A stretch of DNA of 64,000 nucleotides from Macrostomum lignano (Eukaryota), in NCBI GenBank assembly GCA_002269645.1, contig NIVC01002088.1, positions 124,001-188,000 on the forward strand, given 5' to 3'. The notes beneath the pieces are model-generated. The model saw only the letters and a program-made list of their open reading frames with translations. It searched no databases and was not told the DNA's origin. Below are positions 57,501 through 64,000 of this stretch, piece after piece. The translations under genes and the position numbers were made by a program. The number at the start of each line of letters is the position of its first letter. Within the stretch, counting starts at the first letter, position 1.

Positions 57501-60266
57501 CAACAGGCGCTGCAAGATGCCCGGTGACTGGTCGGTGCCTTGCCCGATGGACTGCGCCACGGCCGGGTCCACGGGGGCTGCTGCCGGCTCATCGTCGGCA
57601 GAGTCAGCAGAGGCCACCTTTGGGTGGAATTTGAGCAATTTTAGAAGATTAAAAATAGAAAATAGAGGTCTGTTGAGATCTTGTTTTGGTTCAAAATCTT
57701 GAACCTGTCTAAATTAAAATGCCCCCTTTACATGCAAGTCTAGCCATGGTAAAAGAGGGGGGCAGCTGCCCCCATCCCTTGGATCCACCACTGGCATCAT
57801 AAGTTTTATAAGTTAAACATAAATAATAGATGAGTATCAATTCTATAATTATTAGGATTCTTAGATTTCAGCTGGCATCCTAGTTTTCAGTTTGCACCCT
57901 AAGTTTGCATCAAATAGCAGAGATTCTGACACTTAAAGCCAGTCTATAAATATAGGGTATATCTTTCCTACACAAATTTTTTATATTGATACATCAATTT
58001 CCCTTTGTTATGGAAAAATTCTTGACTTTGAAATTTCTAATTCAATTTCATATCTGGCCTACTGCAATGTGGTTAGATACATAGCCAATGACAAAAATAT
58101 TAAAATGTTGCAATTGAAAAAATTAATAAAACAAAAACAAACTAGCAAATAATAGATTAATGAACTCTTAACTATTAAAATAGTTTATAAAAAATCTATG
58201 CTATGAAGGTCAAAACTATAATTAAAACACTGAAGAAAAATAAATTAAGCTGAAACTGATTTAACTAAAAGGTAAAGATTTTTATAACCTTTATTATTTA
58301 AATAAAATTATATACTAGTGCCTATCATAACTGCCTTCATAAAATCTATAATAGTTCATTTTATTTCTACATCATAGTGACAATGCTTTACATGCAAAAA
58401 TTGATAAAACTTTAGTCAAATTAAATTAGCACAAAAAACTAGGAAACACTACTCTATTTTGTTTAACTAAGCAAATTATTATTGGTAATTATTATTGTTA
58501 TAAATGTAGCCCCTCCAGACCCTATATAGGAGCTGATTTTCAGACAAATAAAGCAACTTGCTCTTAGCTTGTTTGTTCACTAAACTCAGTAATATTCTTA
58601 GACTTGTTCTTGTATAAAACTTTGAATTCTTACCGAGTTAGTTATTTTTTAGTTATCTTTTGTTAGTTATCTTTTGTAAAACTAAAGAGTTGAAGTGCTC
58701 AGAGACTTACTAAGAGAAAGGATTGGGGAAATATACAAATGGAATTTGTAGAAACATACTAAGAAAGAAGAGCCGTGACCCTCTGATCAAGGTGACACCC
58801 TAGAGACTAGAAGAATAGTAGACTGCTCAGGCCATACATACATTAGACACTACCAGACTAATACACTAGACACTAATAGACTAATACATTAAAAGCTACC
58901 AGACTAACACATTAGATGCTACCAGATTAATACATCAAATGCTACCAGAAACATCTTAAATGGGATTCTAAGAAACAGTTTGGAAACTAATACAAACCAA
59001 GCATAACCCTATTGTCAGCAGTAGGAATTTAATAGAGAGACCAGGATGGAATTCTTGCACAAAAATTGCAACGTGTTTTTGCATTCAGGAAAAGAATTGC
59101 ACACCTGTACAGGCTGCATAAAATGCAAGAAAAAATTGCAAATTATTTTGCAACTGTTTGCACAGTTTAAATTACTGACTGACTCTACTATATTAAATGT
59201 AGAATTACTACAAAACATAATATTTTATAGTTTGTTATTTACAAACTATTCAAATTTAAAATTTTCTACTTAAAAAAACAAAGATAATTAGTCTACTATT
59301 TATTGTAACAAGTCGTCTAAAAATGAGAGCATAAGACTATTTTGTTTAGGATTGTAAAAAATTGTGTTTGGTTCAATATGGAACTGCATGCCAAAAAAAG
59401 TCGCAATTTTCTGTTTTTTATGCCAGATGCAAGAATTCCATGCTAGTAGAGAGACAACTTTGGTGGCATAGTTGGAGGACAGAAGTAGCCTTGCAACAAC
59501 TTGGTCGCAGCAGTGGGGTTTATAAAGAGAGCCAAAATGCCTGTTACAACTTGGTGGCTTAACAGTGGGATTGAAATGTATAGAGTAAGAAGAAATACCC
59601 CTGTGACAATTATTTGATATATCATTAAGGCCTAAGCTTGTTTTTTATGCTCTAAGTGTGCATCTGCACTCTAAATTTTAAAATTTTACCCTAAAATTAA
59701 AAATTAGGTGCAGTTTAAGTGTGGTCTCATAAACTATTTTTCCATTGAAGCCTCATCTGCATTGCCTTAAAATAAGAAAAGAGAAATTGCACTTTGAGCC
59801 TTAAAATTGCACAATGTAAGTGAGCATAGGGTGTGATTTTGCACCATGTCTCTGGCAAAAAAGAAAACCCTGATTGAGGCATAGTCTTATTAGTTAAAAA
59901 AAGCATTATTACATAAGATTAAAATTTATAGCACAGTGTAATTAAAATTTTAATTAATAAATAAGTCACAAGTTATAATAAAGGGCTAAAGGAAATAACC
60001 TTAATACTTACAAATTCAAATTACTATAATAGGTCATGAAAATTCAAAATCTGAATAGAATTCTTATACAAGCCCAATCAAGCTAATGTTACAATTACAT
60101 GTGACTATGACGTCTATGGAGCATTTTGCCATTCATTAAAAATCAAATAACTCTTTCAAAATACCTTTCTTCGACGAACTTCATCAGATTCCAATCCTTG
60201 ACCAACTTTCATTTCTTCTTTTTTCTTATCCTCTACACCTGATTCATCATTCAAGCTGTCTGCCAT
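45505..60266 (-). CDS. CDS: Phosphatidate cytidylyltransferase / CDP-diacylglycerol synthase, 8 exons, 457 aa
   Basis: Exons 60266-60165, 57617-57387, 57291-57115, 56038-55919, 55837-55755, 54839-54542, 50063-49831, 45634-45505 total 1374 nt in frame. Signature motifs: [32 protein letters not shown] and [31 protein letters not shown]. Confidence 0.97.
45681..49690. repeat. 40-bp minisatellite, about 100 copies, CDS intron 7
   Basis: Unit tcagttctatgggctagactagcaatccactgcccattat, highly homogeneous. Confidence 0.99.
50370..50515. repeat. Two-copy imperfect direct repeat
   Basis: ggacgaaactcagcctaggggg...tagctcagccaatgagagagcagtaagga occurs twice. Confidence 0.8.
52137..52278 (+). mobile_element. 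tRNA-Glu(CTC)-derived SINE head
   Basis: cagctcagcgataaacac...ctctcgcgccacggccctggttcgattcc resembles eukaryotic tRNA-Glu ctctcaccgccgcggcccgggttcgattcc; the acceptor stem is broken. Confidence 0.7.
52279..53077. repeat. ~52-bp minisatellite, about 15 copies, with a variable poly-C spacer
   Basis: Unit accaaggcacagagggtgtgtacatgcctgacacaaggactactca(c)5-10. Confidence 0.98.
54095..54512. repeat. 23-bp minisatellite, about 18 copies
   Basis: Unit gcatgagaatcactcagtctgat. Confidence 0.98.
54935..55698. repeat. 27-bp minisatellite with a 107-bp higher-order period, CDS intron 5
   Basis: Unit gagatcagctcaatcgaaatctcacat; variant cccatagaa recurs at 55206, 55313, 55420, 55527. Confidence 0.97.
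56139..56960. repeat. 20-bp minisatellite, about 41 copies, CDS intron 3
   Basis: Unit cagtctactctgaagacacc. Confidence 0.99.
58840..58950. repeat. Degenerate ~22-bp tandem repeat, CDS intron 1
   Basis: ctaccagactaatacactaga-like units. Confidence 0.6.
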
Positions 60267-63043
60267 TTTAAAGGTATTTACTCTACTATTTTAAACTCAG
60301 TAGTAGAACTAATATTAATAAACCCAGCCAACTTTAGTTCTAAAAAATCCTGTAATTGTTTAGCTTTGTAATTTAATTTTTGTTTTGCTTCGACACAAAG
60401 GCTTATGTATGAAACTGATAGACAAATGCGGTAATGCTCTTTAGAGTATTTAAGGGTTCAGTTTAGATTTTATGCAGACCTTCCGTGCAAATTGCATATG
60501 TGACCTAAGTAATTAACTGCCCAAACCAAGCACTTTCTATGAAAAGTTGAGATTGAACTTGCGCCTAAACTAAACTAAATATCGTTATTGAACTAAACAT
60601 CGTAAATGTTACCGTGGCATCCTAAAATGCACACCTTTGGTTTTAGGCTGTTGGTACTAAATTACTAATATAATAATAATTACAGAAAGATTTTGACCAC
60701 CCCGACAAAACAAACCACTTCGGCGATATCGTTCGAACTCCAACAATAAGGCAATTTCTGCCGTCTCTTGACGTTGAGTTGCTCTGCCCTCCAAATCTGT
60801 TAGTTAAGATCCACAAGGGTTAAAACGCAGTTGAATTGAAACTCGATACACTGTAATCGGTACTCGATAGATAGACACAGACAGACCATTTTTAGTATAT
60901 GGACGTACATGTAACAAGTATCAGCCAGTGCATGAAATTTCCCTAGCTAGAAGGCGATCTCTGATAATTCTAATTCCAATACATGTAATTAAGAATTCAT
61001 CATTCAAGATCTTCTTGAGCATCGAAGACTAGCTAACTTCGCAAAAAGCTTGAATTGGTACCACTGGTTTGAACATTGATATCTTTTAAGAAACACCACA
61101 ATAAATCTTGCAGAGTCATGCTCATGAACTGCACCCGTAAAACAGATCCTCTTCATATATGGATATGACTTACTTGCACTCAAAACCAATAGCAGCAGCT
61201 GAAAGTTTTTCGAAATGCTTATAAGGGCTTAACGTGCGAAAAATTAATGAAAATATCGTAAAAATTTATTAGAGGCAGACTAGTATAAAAGCATCGTTAA
61301 ATTAATTATTGGTAGACATGTATTTTAAGCTTGTTTACTTTGTATTTTAGAAATGTATGATTTGTACTCGCGTAGAATTAAAGTCCGGCACCCACTAGGT
61401 CTCGAGGACTCAACACAGTAATTTCCGATATGATGGAAGCCTGGAAACGACGAAGCACGCCCCTGACGTGCCGCTTGTGTAACTCGATCATCGACACATA
61501 CAGCGCGCGCCTCCTCGAAGACTGATCTCTCGATACTCGGATCATGGGTCGGAAGCCCCGTCCGCATCTTGACCCTTACAACAAAAAACAACAATTTGAA
61601 TAACGCTCCTGGCGGTCCTGGATTTTCATTGGGCGAGGGGGGCAGCGACAAGACAGGTTTTTCATGTACAACACTCGGGAGTCAATGTCATCATTGTTCT
61701 TCCAAGCTGTACGCTTATTACGCTCATTATTCAATGTCGTTGTACGCTCATTTTTCAACGCTTCGAAACCATTTCAAAATCTGCCGAGTTGCGAAGTCAT
61801 TGAGAACCTATTTTAGCAGCAAATTGGCACCGCAGGCGAAGTTTTACTTTTAAAACATACTTTATAGTTTAAAAAATTAGATTAAAGACTTTATAGTTGG
61901 GTTCATGACCCCATGGCCATCCAAGAACAAGATCCCAGGCATGGCCACGAGGAGATGATGAAGCAATGTAGCTGAATAACTGCTTCTAGGCAATGTATAG
62001 CTTCATCCATTGTATCTACATGTACGTAGTAAGCTAGCAGTGCATCGCTTGAAGTTCATGAACATTTGGTTTATGTAAATATAAAAGTCTTAGTTCATTC
62101 ATGTATGTTACCCTGGACTGGGATTGACAACAGATCAATAGCGCTTATGAAAATGCTTTTCGTATCGATATTGATGTGACTGTGGTCTAAAAGTACAGTT
62201 CTTGGGGTATGACGCGGTACATATGCAAGTACGTATCTCTTCTAAAAATTCATTTACACGATGGACAAATGTATTGTAGCAGAAATATTTTACATTATTC
62301 TAAATGTGGTTACAAGCTGTTCAAGAACAAATCAATTAAAGTCTAATGCAAGATGGAAAGCCATATTCGTGCACCTGGCATGAATATCTGCATAAATTAG
62401 GTAAAATAGCTAATAAAGTTTGCCTAGATCGAAGCAGATAAAATTACTAGTTTATGATTGCCCATCCCTCTGTATTGCATAAACAAGCTCTACTCCCTAA
62501 ATTAACCTTCGTACAACAAAAAGCGTCTCTTGTTTGAGAATCGGTGCGCAAAATGACGCTTGACAGTTGAGCCCAGGTAGAGTCTAACGGTGGAGCTTCC
62601 TGTAGGCTCATTGTTTGGGCAGTTGCGGGTCGCGCAGCATGAGCTGATGGGCTCATAAGTATTAAGCTCTACTCAATGTATTGTTGGCTAATCCATCTCT
62701 CCCAATTCGCCCCATGCACTCAGTGAGCATAATTCAACTTATGCTTTGGCTGCCAACCAACCCCATCATTGCTTTTTTCCCACAGTCCCTCGCCGTCCCT
62801 TTTCTGTCTCTATGGCAACAGCAATGGGGAAAAGCGTGGAACTGTACGACACGGAGAGAAGTGAGAGGAGAAAAGTGGGTGGGTGTTTCCACGTGTGTTC
62901 ATAAATCGGACATAAAGATGTGAGCGCGGTTTTTAACTCAGTACCCATTCACAAAATATTGCAATAACTTTTACGTTTGATTATCCACAAAGTTCCAAAG
63001 CTATTTTAAAGAATTGCAAGATAGTTGAGGATCCATTTCTTAG

Positions 63044-64000
63044 GACCAATCGTCAGTGGGCTATGCCGACAGAGGAGCCCGGCGACATCCGACAGGATGC
63101 TGAAAGAAGCGACCGTGCTGTCATCTTAAATTCCGAGCCTAGCAGAGCTGAAAACAATTTGGAAGGTGCTATCGAAAATGACTCAGCTAGTAACGACGAC
63201 GTAAAGCTGGATGCGGTTGCTTCGGAGTCTGATGATAATGAGAACAGGGCGAAGCCTCAAGGTGAAGTTGGATATGAGTCAATTACTGAAGACAATTCAA
63301 AGGCAGCTGCATCTGAGTCGATTAGTGAAGACAACTCGAAGCCACAAGGCGGAAGTGCATCTGAGTCGGTTAGTGAAGACAACTCGAAGCCACAAGGCGG
63401 AAGTGCATCTGAGTCGGTTAGTGAAGACAACTCGAAGCCACAAGACGCAGGTGCATCTGAGTCGGTTAGTGAAGACAACTCGAAGCCACAAGGCGGAAGT
63501 GCATCTGAGTCGGTTAGTGAAGACAACTCGAAGCCACAAGACGCAGGTGCATCTGAGTCGGTTAGTGAAGACAACTCGAAGCCACAAGACAGAGGTGCAT
63601 TTGAGTCGGTTAGTGAAGACAACTCGAAGCCACAAGACGGAGGTGCATTTGAGTCGGTTAGTGAAGACAACTCGAAGCCACAAGACAGAGGTGCATTTGA
63701 GTCGGTTAGTGAAGACAACTCGAAGCCACAAGACGGAGGTGCATCTGAGTCGGTTAGTGAAGACAACTCGAAGCCACAAGACGGAGGTGCATCTGAGTCG
63801 GTTAGTGAAGACAACACGAATCAAAAAGGCGGAACTGTGTGGACCAGTGAGGGTAAGAAGAAGTCACAAGATGGATTTGGCAGCACGAATCATGAAAATG
63901 CAGTCGGTACGGAGTCGACAGTTAAAAGTGACGACTCAAAGCCAGACCCTGAAACAGAGAGGGAAAACAAATTTGCCGACAATACGAAACCAGCAGGCTC
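63044..64000 (+). CDS. Open exon (3' incomplete) encoding an acidic Ser/Glu/Asp-rich protein with 16-aa tandem repeats; product unknown
   Basis: Acceptor ccatttcttag at 63043, in-frame ATG at 63063, no stop before the window end. Eleven 48-bp units (63315-63830) encode SESVSEDNSKPQ(GGSA/DAGA/DRGA/DGGA). Absent from the supplied ORF track because it has no stop. Confidence 0.75.

Noticed and set aside
61325-61853. ORFs between CDS and the repeat-protein exon
   Set aside because: No motifs; includes a MITE-end-like fragment; cannot be linked in phase with confidence

Overview
Eukaryotic, intron-rich invertebrate DNA with GT-AG introns. The minisatellite-laden style resembles a free-living flatworm such as Macrostomum; this is inference and the species is not identified. 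Contents from left to right: (1) 172-23030, + strand: most of a giant (~16 kb CDS, >5,000 aa, ~38 exons, 5' end probably upstream of the window) polycystin-1/REJ-family gene. It has an unusual mosaic ectodomain (several F5/8C, 2 C-type lectin, F-type lectin, LamG, kringle, fibrinogen-C, EB/EGF, three Cys-bracketed Ig-like repeats, PKD repeats) ahead of REJ, a degenerate GPS, PLAT and the channel module. Six or seven single-base deletions, all of the same sign, interrupt the reading frame. (2) A possible small two-exon gene. (3) A CFAP97D/Hemingway-family gene (- strand) whose introns hold a piggyBac remnant, a CORE-type SINE and hAT MITEs. (4) Inverted 14-bp repeat arrays. (5) A full-length, recent Mag-like Ty3/Gypsy element with identical 172-bp LTRs and a CTAAG target-site duplication. 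(6) An M1AP orthologue (- strand). (7) A complete 8-exon CDP-diacylglycerol synthase gene (- strand) whose introns carry five unrelated minisatellites, one grown from a tRNA-Glu-derived SINE. (8) An open exon encoding acidic 16-aa repeats that runs off the window end. There are no prokaryotic features and no CRISPR array.
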